Positions 16,659 through 26,298 are shown, numbered from the stretch's first letter. The stretch is DNA of 32,842 nt from Nanobdellota archaeon (GCA_038046005.1 JBBSXB010000011.1:1-32842); one strand, 5' to 3'. The notes: a model not told the origin generated them from the letters alone. Translations and numbers: made by a program.

Positions 16659-16904
16659 ATGCCTAAAAAAAGAGCGAGAAAAAATCTTAAAGTTGTAGCC
16701 CAAAAAAAAGGAGTCAAACACCATATAAAACTGGCAACTTTCTTTGCCTCAAAACTCATAATAGCTTTGATATCATTTGCAATAGGAATTTATATTGGAA
16801 AACTTTTCCAGACGACCTGGGTTGCCATTGTCATAGCCTCGGTGATAGCCATATTTATCTATCTTCTTTCAGTTATACATGCAATGAAGTTGTTCAAAAT
16901 ATAA
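16659..16904 (+). CDS. Small two-TM membrane protein
   Basis: Basic N-terminus followed by two hydrophobic helices. Confidence 0.75.
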   Translation: MPKKRARKNLKVVAQKKGVKHHIKLATFFASKLIIALISFAIGIYIGKLFQTTWVAIVIASVIAIFIYLLSVIHAMKLFKI

Positions 16905-16941
16905 TAATAAACTTTATTAATCGTTTTTCCCTAATTTAAGC

Positions 16942-19900
16942 ATGGAAAAAAGGGTGTTGGTATTGTTTGCAATTTTACTAGTTTCTTTGACACTAATTTC
17001 TTCACTTTCAACACAGGATTTCAAAAAAGAAGCTGAAAAAGCGACATATTATGCCAAAGAATACGAAGCCGCAAACATAAACTATGCCCAGTTTTTGGTT
17101 TACTTAAATTCTGTTGGGGAAGATCTTAACACCCTTTTAAAATCTCAAGAAACTGGAATTAATGACGCAGAACTATCAACATTTCTGGGTGAGCCGAAGA
17201 AAACAAATTCGGTTTTGTCAGATGACTTGACAACAGAAGTCCAGGTTGCAAATCCTGTTTTAACATGGGGAGAAAAAATAATTTATGACGGCGACAAGAT
17301 ACAGATAAGACTCTCAGTGTCTCCAATATTATACTCAGGCAAACAAATTGTGTACAATTCCGAGTTCATGACAATATTCAAAGACATTCCAGCTTCCTTT
17401 AATCTTAGAGAAAGTATTGATGAAGCTAGAAAATTGTCAAATGTTTTTGCCTTAGACTCAAACGTGCAGACAGCAAACTCACTGGCAGAGTATTCCATAA
17501 ACACAGAAAAAATTTCCGATTCTTACTTTCAACAAAATTACAAAACCTGCCAGGATTTGATGACAAATATTTTTGGAGCTGAAAACTTAAAATCAAAAGA
17601 AAATGTTATTGACAAGACATATGAAATCTTAAAAAAAAGCCCATACGAAATAAAGGCAGATTTATTGCTGTGTGATGACTGCCAAAAAACAGAAAAAGAA
17701 AACTGGATCAAACTGAGTTTTACAATTGAAAGCAACGGCAGAAAAATAGGATTTAACCTTGACCAGGATATTTCTGCAGATCAGTTTAATAGCCTTAGCA
17801 TAAATAACATTAAAGCAAAGATGATAAAATCAAACGGAAACGTCAAACAACTTCTAGAAGGAGGAAATTACAAATCAGCTTACACAATAATGAAAATGAT
17901 GGAAGTTATGTACGATGTATGGGATCAAAAAATCAGTGACGAAACCGACGCCACATTAAAAATCCAGGAATACGCAGACAAAGTCCAGTTTACAAGCGGT
18001 TTGTTTGATGGGTATAAGTTAGTTGCAACATCTTTTAACAATCAGTTACTGTTTGAAAAAGTTTTATACAGAGAATACGAGTCAAATGGGACAGAAATTT
18101 GCACAAACAATCTAGATGATAACAATAACAACAAAACAGACTGTCAGGATTCTTTATGTACAGGCCAGGTATGTGGGTCAAGAACAATAAATGTTACAGA
18201 AGGGAACACTACATTTCAAAAGACAATAGAATCATATTGTATCTCAGGAATATGTCTGGAAAAAACCCAAAACCAGAGTATCTGCGGAAACAACATATGT
18301 GAAAAGGGAGAAAATGTTTCATGCTTAAAAGATTGTTCAAGCAAGGCTTTATTAGAGTGTCAAGATTATCCGCCAATCCAGTGCAATGGCCGGGTCATAT
18401 CTAAAGGCCAAGATTCAAATGGTTGCCCTCTTGAACCAGTTTGTTTGTCTAATGATATTTCTTGTACATCTGATTCGCAATGCACACAGCCTTTGTGTGG
18501 CAAATCTGAATGTGTCGGTGGAGAATGTAAAGTAACACAAATAGACCAATGCAACCAAGCCCAATGTTCAGATGGAGACGAAAAAACTTCAGCATGCTCA
18601 ACGGGAGAGATAATTACTCAGGAAATATGCTTTAATGGTGTTTGGAAAAGCACAGGCCAAACCTGCAAATCAGGAATTATTAAAACTCCTTTAGAAGAAA
18701 ATATTGTTAAAACACAATTTAATCCAATTTGTAATGCGAAAGAAGATTGTGCTTCTAATCAAGTCTGTGATCTTGGGGTTTGCACCGAAACTGTTAAAAA
18801 TTCCTACACCCCACCATCCTCAACGACCTCTTCAAAATATTCTGGAACTACGTTTACTGGAAATGTGATACAAATTACTGGAGAACCAATAACAATCAAT
18901 GGAATAACTGGAATTGTTGGAGAACAATACCCTACTTCACAAGATATAAACCCAAGTACAGCTCCAACAAGAAAATATAACAATCAGGAGACATATTCTG
19001 CAATAACTGGCGTTGTGGAAAATCTTCCAACTGAAGCAACACAAGTTGTTGAACAGCGACCAAAAGAAATCTTGCAGGCACAATTATTTAATGGTCCATC
19101 AGTTTCTATCAACCCTCAGGGCGTCAAAGAAGAATTTTCTGCCATAGGAGTCTGCAAAGAGGACAGAGAAAAAACAGAGGCCCAATTTTATTTTGCTGGA
19201 AGTGGAGACAAATTCGGAGGAGTTTCAAACTTGATGGAAAAATACAGAGAAAATGGGATAGAATGGTGTGACAGGGAATTAAAAATACTGCTTGATCAAA
19301 GAGCTGAAATCACAAAAAGCTTCAATTCTGAATTTGCTACATGGTTTTTTGAAACATATCTTCCAAATAACGCAGACAATTGGGAAAGCAAAAGAAAAGC
19401 AATCGATGATTTATATCTTGGAATTGTAAACAATCAAATTGAGATTGCAAGAATGATGAACTGCCTAAGTCTAAAACAACTTTCAAATTATGAGTTGATA
19501 TCATTGGACTATGCAACAAGTTATGGTGAATTAAGATACTCAGAGAAAGTAGAATCCGCATCATTGCCTGGATTAAACAAAGCAGTTTCTATAATTTCTC
19601 CTTCAATGCAAGCTTCAATTTTTCTAGATAAAGACTTTGTCAAAAAAGAATTAATGGCAGCAATGAACGCACACGGTTTCCCCGGCTCATCTGAAACAAA
19701 CATTGACAGGAAAATTAACAGAGGTCTAACGACGGCTGAGCTGAATGTTTTCAAGTCAGATGAAAGCCTAAAATCTCTCATAAGGGACATAACTTCTAAT
19801 TATAAAGACGGCTATTTAGACGCCCAAGTGACTTTTGTTGATAATAGCAACGGTAAAGAAGATGTTGTTTACAATATTTATGTTAAAGCCAACGAGGACA

Positions 19901-20205
19901 ATTTGCTTGTTCAGCCAATGCCTCCTGAAGAAACACCCCCAGTAGATGCCAAATTTGTTGTTGATTATAACACTCTTTATTATTTAATGGCTGCCTCAGA
20001 AGAAAATCTAAAGGAAACTTCCACATTGAACCCTCCTTGGAAACAAGGCAAGTTTAATGTAGCTGAAATAATAAACCTTGCAAGCAATTGGGTAAAAACT
20101 CAGTTAAGAATGAACGAACTGACAAACTCATTGCAGGTCAATCCGGATAACAGCAATATAAAAGATTTATTTAAAAAAGTATTTTTCTTACTGGCTGAAA
20201 ATTAA
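16942..20205 (+). CDS. Large secreted/surface Cys-rich protein (1087 aa)
   Basis: Signal peptide; central block of about 28 Cys including EICTNNLDDNNNNKTDCQDSLC (Dx[DN]x-type Ca-binding-like) and CGNNICEKGENVSCLKDC; S/T/P-rich linker. Confidence 0.9.
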   Translation: MEKRVLVLFAILLVSLTLISSLSTQDFKKEAEKATYYAKEYEAANINYAQFLVYLNSVGEDLNTLLKSQETGINDAELSTFLGEPKKTNSVLSDDLTTEVQVANPVLTWGEKIIYDGDKIQIRLSVSPILYSGKQIVYNSEFMTIFKDIPASFNLRESIDEARKLSNVFALDSNVQTANSLAEYSINTEKISDSYFQQNYKTCQDLMTNIFGAENLKSKENVIDKTYEILKKSPYEIKADLLLCDDCQKTEKENWIKLSFTIESNGRKIGFNLDQDISADQFNSLSINNIKAKMIKSNGNVKQLLEGGNYKSAYTIMKMMEVMYDVWDQKISDETDATLKIQEYADKVQFTSGLFDGYKLVATSFNNQLLFEKVLYREYESNGTEICTNNLDDNNNNKTDCQDSLCTGQVCGSRTINVTEGNTTFQKTIESYCISGICLEKTQNQSICGNNICEKGENVSCLKDCSSKALLECQDYPPIQCNGRVISKGQDSNGCPLEPVCLSNDISCTSDSQCTQPLCGKSECVGGECKVTQIDQCNQAQCSDGDEKTSACSTGEIITQEICFNGVWKSTGQTCKSGIIKTPLEENIVKTQFNPICNAKEDCASNQVCDLGVCTETVKNSYTPPSSTTSSKYSGTTFTGNVIQITGEPITINGITGIVGEQYPTSQDINPSTAPTRKYNNQETYSAITGVVENLPTEATQVVEQRPKEILQAQLFNGPSVSINPQGVKEEFSAIGVCKEDREKTEAQFYFAGSGDKFGGVSNLMEKYRENGIEWCDRELKILLDQRAEITKSFNSEFATWFFETYLPNNADNWESKRKAIDDLYLGIVNNQIEIARMMNCLSLKQLSNYELISLDYATSYGELRYSEKVESASLPGLNKAVSIISPSMQASIFLDKDFVKKELMAAMNAHGFPGSSETNIDRKINRGLTTAELNVFKSDESLKSLIRDITSNYKDGYLDAQVTFVDNSNGKEDVVYNIYVKANEDNLLVQPMPPEETPPVDAKFVVDYNTLYYLMAASEENLKETSTLNPPWKQGKFNVAEIINLASNWVKTQLRMNELTNSLQVNPDNSNIKDLFKKVFFLLAEN

Positions 20206-20278
20206 TTTCTCGAATGAAGCCACTATAGAAATGTTTAAATAGCTGATATTTTTTGTAGAATTATAAAAAATGAGGTAC

Positions 20279-20297
20279 GTTGGAACAAAGTTCCAAC
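20279..20297. promoter_or_regulatory. Perfect 8-bp inverted repeat before a microprotein gene
   Basis: GTTGGAAC-AAA-GTTCCAAC, 11 nt upstream of ATG 20309. Confidence 0.4.
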
Positions 20298-20308
20298 AGT
20301 TTTAGACA

Positions 20309-20425
20309 ATGGTTAAGAACCTAAAAAAAGAATCAGCCTCTAATAACGAGCAAGAAAGGTTTGGATCTTTTATCGATGAAGGCGTAGGAGAGGACGACTT
20401 CGATTTAGACCTACTTGATGATTAA
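20309..20425 (+). CDS. Acidic-tailed microprotein (38 aa, MVKNLKKESASNNEQERFGSFIDEGVGEDDFDLDLLDD), not in ORF track
   Basis: Translated by hand; fills the gap between convergent genes; codon-like purine bias. Confidence 0.5.
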   Translation: MVKNLKKESASNNEQERFGSFIDEGVGEDDFDLDLLDD

Positions 20426-20442
20426 GTATTAACTAATTCTTT

Positions 20443-21354
20443 TTATTTTTTTATTTTCAATATAACTTCATTATTATCTTTTTTTAATTCGTCAAAATTT
20501 GTTTTTACAAAAAATCTCAATTGATAAGTATTAAATTGACCAATCCATATATTTCTCAGACTTATGACTATTCCATGTCCAATGTCCAAAGAATCCAAAT
20601 TAACTTCTTTTATAAGGCTGTCATCTGCATAGATTTGCACGATTGCTCCTGAAGATTCCTCAAACCCATCGTTTCTTATACTCATATTAGCGTCCAAATA
20701 TTTGCCCTTCATTATTGCAGATACATTTTCAAAAACAAGATCAGGATAAGGGGGAATAGAATAAATACTATTTATTAGATCTATTGTGTAATTTTGAATC
20801 TCTTGGCTGCAACTGCTTATTGGATACATTATGTCATCAGGATTGGCTGTGTGATTGAATCCTAGCGCATGTAGAATTTCATGAACTCCAACATTCGGGT
20901 TTTTGCATTGCGATTCTCTTATTAAAAGAACCGTCCCTTTGCTGATGACATTAAATTCTCCCGCTTTTGTTATATTTGTCGGCCCGCCTTCTCCAGCTAT
21001 GAAAAATCCTCCCTCAATTTTTGTACGGCTGTCACATGTGATTGATATCTCTTCATTCGCAGCAACAGGATAAAATCTTAATATGGTTTTTTCCTGTAAA
21101 AGATTCAGAGCTCTGATGGCCTCATCTCTTTTTGCTATGGTACAATCCCCTATATTATAAGAGATAGTTGATTCGGGATATCTCATGTTCTCATAGAATT
21201 GCAGGCTTTTTATCTGTCCTAATTGGAAAGATTGACCGGAAGATTTAGGTTGTGGGGTAAACTCTGTGCTGGATAATGGGAAAAACCAATAAAAAAATAA
21301 TAAAAAAAAAGTAAGTATCACAAAAATCAAACCAAGTGTGATTTTCCATCCCAT
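20443..21354 (-). CDS. Membrane-anchored matrixin (M10-like metzincin) metalloprotease with C-terminal CARDB-like domain
   Basis: HEILHALGFNH zinc motif, DIMYP Met-turn, PDLVFENVS...DELKKDNN Ig-like domain, N-terminal TM. Confidence 0.92.
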   Translation of the reverse strand: MGWKITLGLIFVILTFFLLFFYWFFPLSSTEFTPQPKSSGQSFQLGQIKSLQFYENMRYPESTISYNIGDCTIAKRDEAIRALNLLQEKTILRFYPVAANEEISITCDSRTKIEGGFFIAGEGGPTNITKAGEFNVISKGTVLLIRESQCKNPNVGVHEILHALGFNHTANPDDIMYPISSCSQEIQNYTIDLINSIYSIPPYPDLVFENVSAIMKGKYLDANMSIRNDGFEESSGAIVQIYADDSLIKEVNLDSLDIGHGIVISLRNIWIGQFNTYQLRFFVKTNFDELKKDNNEVILKIKK

Positions 21355-21412
21355 AAGACTAAAAAAACACTTGATTATATAAACTTAATGAAATAAAAAA
21401 ATAAAAACAAAG

Positions 21413-21568
21413 TTAATAGTCCTCGTCTTCATTTAAGCCTTTTCCATGCTTTCCGGAGTCCACATCTTCTTCTACTTCATCGTCATCGCCGAATTCATCT
21501 TCATCCGCTTCTTCGTCAGACTCTTCATCTTCTTCTACTTCTTGTTTCTTTTTCATTTTTTGTCCCAT
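21413..21568 (-). CDS. Highly acidic microprotein (51 aa, MGQKMKKKQEVEEDEESDEEADEDEFGDDDEVEEDVDSGKHGKGLNEDEDY), not in ORF track
   Basis: Translated by hand; strong GAA/GAT codon periodicity; TTTTAAAA upstream. Confidence 0.7.
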   Translation of the reverse strand: MGQKMKKKQEVEEDEESDEEADEDEFGDDDEVEEDVDSGKHGKGLNEDEDY

Positions 21569-21665
21569 TTTATTTAAGTAAAATTACAAGGTTTATTCCT
21601 CTTTTAAAACTTTTCGGTTTAAGTTTACCACTTGAGTATAAGTGACAAAGTTTTTATACTCTTTT

Positions 21666-22616
21666 TTATTCCATCAAATTCTCTTTTTTTATAAACTCAT
21701 AAGCTGAATAAGAAGCAGTGCATCCATCCGCAACTCCAGTGATAAGCTGTTTAAAATGTTTGTCAGTCACATCACCAGCGGCAAAAACTCCGGGAATATT
21801 AGTTTCAGAAGTTGCATGATTGATAACAATCTCTTTTCTGTTGTTAAGCTTGACCCCTAGCTTGTCTGCCAAATCAGAAAGTACTTCATGACCTATGGCA
21901 ACAAAAACTCCCTCAACTTCAAGTTTATTTTTTCCATTAAGTGATTTGTCCAAAATAACTTCACTGACTCCAGAGCCATTGCCTTTTATCTCTGTTATAT
22001 TTGTTTTAAGGATTATCTCTATTTTTTTATTCGCTTTAATCTTTTGAAAATTTATTGGCTCTGGCTTTATGTTTTCTCCTCTATAAATTATGTAAACTTT
22101 TTTCGCATGCTCTCCCAATATCAAAGCGTCTTTTGCGGCGCTATCTCCCCCGCCAACAACGGCAACAGTTTTTCCCTTGTAAAGTGGCCCATCACACAAA
22201 GCACAATAGTTGACTCCTCTGCCTTCAAATTCTTTTGATCCTTTAACATCCAATTTTTTCCATTTTGTTCCTGTCGCAAAAAGCAGGACTTTTGAAGTGC
22301 GTTCAGCTTTATTTGTTTTTAAAATAAAAAGGTCCCCTTTTTTCTTAATTTCCAAAACTTTTTCATTTTTTATTGTTACAAGATCGTAACTTTTTGCATG
22401 TTCTTCCATTTTTTTAGCAAGATCAAACCCAGAAATATTCTTAAAACCAGGATAATTTTCAACTGAATTTGTTGTTGTTATCACTCCCCCTATAGCTGCT
22501 TCTGAACCATGAGTGCTTCCAAAAACTATCGTTTTCAAGCCAAGCCTTGCACTGTACATTGCTGCAGCTAATCCTGTTCCTCCAGCGCCAATTATTGCAA
22601 AATCGTATGATTCCAT
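21666..22616 (-). CDS. trxB: Thioredoxin reductase (low-MW FAD/NADPH disulfide reductase)
   Basis: IIGAGGTG FAD motif, VENYPGF, ATG, CALC active site, VGGGDSA, TNIPGVFAAGD. Confidence 0.96.
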   Translation of the reverse strand: MESYDFAIIGAGGTGLAAAMYSARLGLKTIVFGSTHGSEAAIGGVITTTNSVENYPGFKNISGFDLAKKMEEHAKSYDLVTIKNEKVLEIKKKGDLFILKTNKAERTSKVLLFATGTKWKKLDVKGSKEFEGRGVNYCALCDGPLYKGKTVAVVGGGDSAAKDALILGEHAKKVYIIYRGENIKPEPINFQKIKANKKIEIILKTNITEIKGNGSGVSEVILDKSLNGKNKLEVEGVFVAIGHEVLSDLADKLGVKLNNRKEIVINHATSETNIPGVFAAGDVTDKHFKQLITGVADGCTASYSAYEFIKKENLME

Positions 22617-22699
22617 GTGTTTGAAAAATAAACCACATATAAAAAACTTTCTTTACCAAAATATTTATATACTTCCAAAAAAGCATTCAAGTGGTTAAA

Positions 22700-22939
22700 A
22701 TGGAAGAATTATACAAATCCTTTTATGTTCATGTAGGGAAAAGAGAAGACGGAACATACGGGATAATGAGGACAGGGCGTTTTATTTTTGTTTATCATTC
22801 TAAAACAGAAGCGGAAAAAGATACGAACAATAAAGAAGTAGTTATATTGGACATCGGCCCATTTGTTGATGAAAAGCGATTAATTCTTCAAGATGGGAAA
22901 AAAGGGCTAGTTAGCTGTTTAGAGATATCAAAAAGCTAA
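22700..22939 (+). CDS. Hypothetical protein
   Basis: ORF divergent from trxB; TTTATATA upstream; start could be GTG 22691 or ATG 22700. Confidence 0.55.
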   Translation: MEELYKSFYVHVGKREDGTYGIMRTGRFIFVYHSKTEAEKDTNNKEVVILDIGPFVDEKRLILQDGKKGLVSCLEISKS

Positions 22940-22966
22940 AAGCCAATTAAATACTTTTCCAAAGCT

Positions 22967-23422
22967 CTACAGCTCTTTTCCGGTTTTTATATAGAGCAAA
23001 TAACGATAGACATTCATGCATGCTACAAAAAAACAGAAAGCTACCAACTGAGAAAAAACAACAGAAGCGAAAACTCTATGGTCCAATCTTATGAGATGTC
23101 TGGACAGAAAGAATATCGTTGGATAATAAAACAAAACCGAGACTAAAAAGGCAACAGGTGTAAAATAAAGAATATCATTGGCAAAATGTTTTACTGAATA
23201 TTTTTTTGTCTTATTTCTGTCATATACTCTTGTCCCAATCCAAAAAGCAGAAGAGCCAAAAACTCCCCCAAGCACCGCAAACACGGAAATTGTGCTTGGG
23301 CTGTGCGAAAATCTTGACACTAAAAAAGCAAACAATGGAGTTCCGATTGTAGCCCCTACTTCTGCAAAAAAAAGTTCTTTATTGAAGTCAATAAAAGACC
23401 CATCCTGAAAAATATTTACCAT
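22967..23422 (-). CDS. Four-TM membrane protein (GtrA-like topology)
   Basis: Four hydrophobic segments in 151 aa. Confidence 0.75.
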   Translation of the reverse strand: MVNIFQDGSFIDFNKELFFAEVGATIGTPLFAFLVSRFSHSPSTISVFAVLGGVFGSSAFWIGTRVYDRNKTKKYSVKHFANDILYFTPVAFLVSVLFYYPTIFFLSRHLIRLDHRVFASVVFSQLVAFCFFVACMNVYRYLLYIKTGKEL

Positions 23423-23478
23423 TGTGTTAAAACGAAAAATGAATATATAACCTTTATTATTTAGTTTTTTATAATTGG

Positions 23479-23751
23479 CTAATCAAGGCCATACGCCTCA
23501 GAAAATATCCTTATCTTATTATATTCCTCCAAAAATGAATTTCCCTTAGAGGTTATATTATAAAACTTTTTTTCATTCTCTTTATTTTCAGTTATCAACT
23601 GATTTTTTATGAGATTCTCTATATAACTCTTTATGCTGTTGTTAGAAAGATTCGCTTTGTAAATCAAATGTGTTATCTTAGCTTTTTTTCCAGATTTTAG
23701 AATTTCTAACAAATCTTTGGTCACTTCCAATTTTGTCCTTTTTTTTGCCAT
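23479..23751 (-). CDS. Winged-helix transcription regulator (archaeal HTH_45-like)
   Basis: KRTKLEVTKDLL...ITHLIYKANLS...LIKNQLI...YNITSKGNSFL. Confidence 0.92.
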   Translation of the reverse strand: MAKKRTKLEVTKDLLEILKSGKKAKITHLIYKANLSNNSIKSYIENLIKNQLITENKENEKKFYNITSKGNSFLEEYNKIRIFSEAYGLD

Positions 23752-24418
23752 TTTTTATTTTTAAATGGGTTATTAAGATTATTGAAAATCCGACAAGCAG
23801 CAATAATTCATCAATCAAATACATTAAAGGTGTAATATCATCAAATAGCCCCACAAAATTACTTATAAGTATAAGTATGAATGCTACAAATATTTTAAGA
23901 CTGTTTGGAGTTTTTCTTTCTCTATAATTATGGTAAAAATGTGAGAGTAGGAATAAAATAATTATAAAAAGAGACACGTGAAATAAGGAATAGAAATAAA
24001 TGCTGAAAACTATTGTGAAAACTGATAAATACAAAAAGCCAATCATGCTTTCTTTGTCTTCTATCTTAGATGTTGCCAAAAGCAAAGTTAAAAATCCAAG
24101 GATTAAAAGAGAACTATAAGTGGTAAAAACCACAAAATAAAAAACCTGCATCCTGGCAAGCTGTTCGGCAATAAAAGCAAAAAAATGTGCCTGCCTTATC
24201 ACGGCATAATAATACGAAGTCAAATTCATCAGAATTTTAAATATAAAAGCAGTCCCAATAGCCAAAAATGCCCATGAAAAAATCTTGTAGTTCTTTTCTT
24301 TTGTAATAGAATATATTTTTCTGCTTTGGGTAGCAACTAAAAAACAGGTCAATACAATGAGCAAGTCAATAAGAGAATCAACTCCATAGAAATTACCTAA
24401 AGATATGTTGAAAGGCAT
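23678..24418 (-). CDS. Seven-TM membrane protein (sensor-like), overlapping the wHTH gene
   Basis: About 7 hydrophobic helices; the 3' end overlaps the wHTH ORF by 74 nt. Confidence 0.8.
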   Translation of the reverse strand: MPFNISLGNFYGVDSLIDLLIVLTCFLVATQSRKIYSITKEKNYKIFSWAFLAIGTAFIFKILMNLTSYYYAVIRQAHFFAFIAEQLARMQVFYFVVFTTYSSLLILGFLTLLLATSKIEDKESMIGFLYLSVFTIVFSIYFYSLFHVSLFIIILFLLSHFYHNYRERKTPNSLKIFVAFILILISNFVGLFDDITPLMYLIDELLLLVGFSIILITHLKIKNGKKKDKIGSDQRFVRNSKIWKKS

Positions 24419-24527
24419 GCAAAAAAAACACGTTTTTTCTTTATAAGCCTTATGAATTTCTCTTCTGAACTTCCAATACTAATCTCATCTTCGCATTTGA
24501 TTTAAAAAGAAAAAACTTGAATCTGAC

Positions 24528-24692
24528 ATGGGAAAAAGAATAATTGAGCCTGAAGAAGTGCAGCTTCTCAGAGAAGAACTTTTGAACCAGGAAGAGCTTT
24601 TTTTGTTGAAATTTATGAACAGCTTCAATAGAAGAACACATAGAGAATGGGAAGAAATGGGACTTTGGGAATCTGCAAGTGTAAACTACTAA
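24528..24692 (+). CDS. Small hypothetical protein (54 aa, MGKRIIEPEEVQLLREELLNQEELF...SVNY), not in ORF track
   Basis: Translated by hand; TTTAAAAA about 25 nt upstream and T-rich tract after the stop. Confidence 0.6.
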   Translation: MGKRIIEPEEVQLLREELLNQEELFLLKFMNSFNRRTHREWEEMGLWESASVNY

Positions 24693-24722
24693 TTTTTTAT
24701 TTTTATTTTTTAATTTTAACGA

Positions 24723-26075
24723 TTAATGAGAATTCCATCTTTTTCTGGGGCCATTAGACCTTCCAAATCTGCTTCCCTCTCCACTGCTCCTGTTTCTAGA
24801 ATATCTGCTTCCTTGAGAAGAATTTCCTCTTTGAGGGCCTCTGCTGCCACCTCTGCCTTGACCAAATCTACTTCCATAAGGCCCACCTCCAAAATTTCTT
24901 CTTCCTCCTTGAGAGTTTCCCCCACTAAAATCTGACCTTTTTGAAGTCGTAAAATCAACGCTTAAAGGCTCCAACTGGGGCAATGGTTCATTTTTTATTT
25001 CCATTTCTTCATCATTGATAACTCTCCTAAAATTCTCATAATCATGGGGAGAAACAAGGCTTACAGCTATTCCTTCTTTTCCTGCTCTGGCTGTTCTTCC
25101 AATTCTATGAATGTATTCTTTGCTGGTTTTTGGAGAATCATAATTATACACATGAGAAATATCTTTTATGTCCAAGCCTCTCGCAGCAACATCCGTACAG
25201 ATTAATATTAAAGATTCTTTCGAATGAAAAGATTGCATTATTGCGTTTCTCTTGTTCTGAGGCAACCCACCATGAATTGAAAGAGCATGAAGGTCATATC
25301 TCTTTAAATTTGAAGCGACCAAATCAGTGTTTCTTCTTGTATTGCAAAAAACCATAACAAACCCTGACCTTTCTTTTTTGAGCAAATTGACAAGCAATGA
25401 AAATTTTAAATTTTGAGGAACATCATAATAGACCTGCTTCAGTTTTGAAGAATCAACATAATTTTCAACCTCAACATAAACAGGACTTTTCATATATCTC
25501 TTTGCAAGAAATTCAATGTCTTTTGAGATTGTAGCTGAAAACAATAGAGTTTGTCTTTGTTTAGGACACTCGTTGATTATTTTCTGGACATCCTCTACAA
25601 AACCCATATCAAGCATCTTGTCAGCCTCATCCAAAACCAAAAACCTTACTTTGTCTAAATGCAATGTTCTTCTGCCTAAATGGTCTAAAATCCTGCCAGG
25701 AGTTCCGACAACTATCTCTGATCTCCTTAAAGCCTGAATCTGTGGCCCCATGGAAACGCCGCCATAAATCTCATTTATGTTTAATCCGTAATAACGTGAC
25801 AAAACTTTTAAATGCTGTGCAACCTGTTCTGCCAATTCTCTTGTAGGGGTTAAAATCAAAGCCTGTACCCCTTCATTTTTCTTGATTTTTTCTATTATTC
25901 CTACACCAAAAGCAAGAGTCTTCCCAGATCCAGTCGCTGAGCTTCCTATCAAATCCTTTCCTTCAAGAATTAATGGTATTGCTTTTTTCTGTATCTCACT
26001 AGGTTCATGAAAATCAACATCACGTAATGCTTTCAAGATATCTTCGCTTAGTTTTAATTGTCTAAATTTTTCCAT
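24723..26075 (-). CDS. DEAD-box ATP-dependent RNA helicase with RGG/S-rich tail
   Basis: Q motif, ATGSGKT, PTRELA, GG, TPGR, DEAD, SAT, ARGLD, HRIGRTAR. Confidence 0.98.
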   Translation of the reverse strand: MEKFRQLKLSEDILKALRDVDFHEPSEIQKKAIPLILEGKDLIGSSATGSGKTLAFGVGIIEKIKKNEGVQALILTPTRELAEQVAQHLKVLSRYYGLNINEIYGGVSMGPQIQALRRSEIVVGTPGRILDHLGRRTLHLDKVRFLVLDEADKMLDMGFVEDVQKIINECPKQRQTLLFSATISKDIEFLAKRYMKSPVYVEVENYVDSSKLKQVYYDVPQNLKFSLLVNLLKKERSGFVMVFCNTRRNTDLVASNLKRYDLHALSIHGGLPQNKRNAIMQSFHSKESLILICTDVAARGLDIKDISHVYNYDSPKTSKEYIHRIGRTARAGKEGIAVSLVSPHDYENFRRVINDEEMEIKNEPLPQLEPLSVDFTTSKRSDFSGGNSQGGRRNFGGGPYGSRFGQGRGGSRGPQRGNSSQGSRYSRNRSSGEGSRFGRSNGPRKRWNSH

Positions 26076-26136
26076 ATTAATAATCTGTAAGAAAAGAAAA
26101 TTATGAGGGTATTTAAAGTATGATGTTTTGAATTTT

Positions 26137-26298
26137 TTAAATCTGGCCTGTCTGGCTGAATTTTTTCATTGCCTGTTCAAGGATAACTTGCGGCGCAAAT
26201 CCTTTTCTGCTGCAGGCTTTGATAAACTCATCGTAAACGGCTTGATCAACATTATAATCCAACTTTCTTTTCTTTGCTCCAGGTGGTGTTGCTGCCAT
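26137..26298 (-). CDS. Small ribbon-helix-helix-like protein (53 aa, MAATPPGAKKRKLDYNVDQAVYDEFIKACSRKGFAPQVILEQAMKKFSQTGQI), not in ORF track
   Basis: Translated by hand; alternating strand LDYNVD, helix, G turn, helix; TTTATAAA about 25 nt upstream. Confidence 0.7.
   Translation of the reverse strand: MAATPPGAKKRKLDYNVDQAVYDEFIKACSRKGFAPQVILEQAMKKFSQTGQI

Noticed and set aside
17283-19790. Five minus-strand ORFs within the 1087-aa gene
   Set aside because: Antisense shadows
23739-23746. Classical -1 frameshift at A_AAA_AAG fusing 7TM to wHTH
   Set aside because: The wHTH is in the +1 frame, so a -1 shift would not produce the fusion
24450-24958. Track ORFs 24450..24641(-), 24716..24958(-) and 24726..24935(+)
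   Set aside because: Better explained by the 24528..24692 plus-strand ORF and by alternative frames of the helicase low-complexity tail
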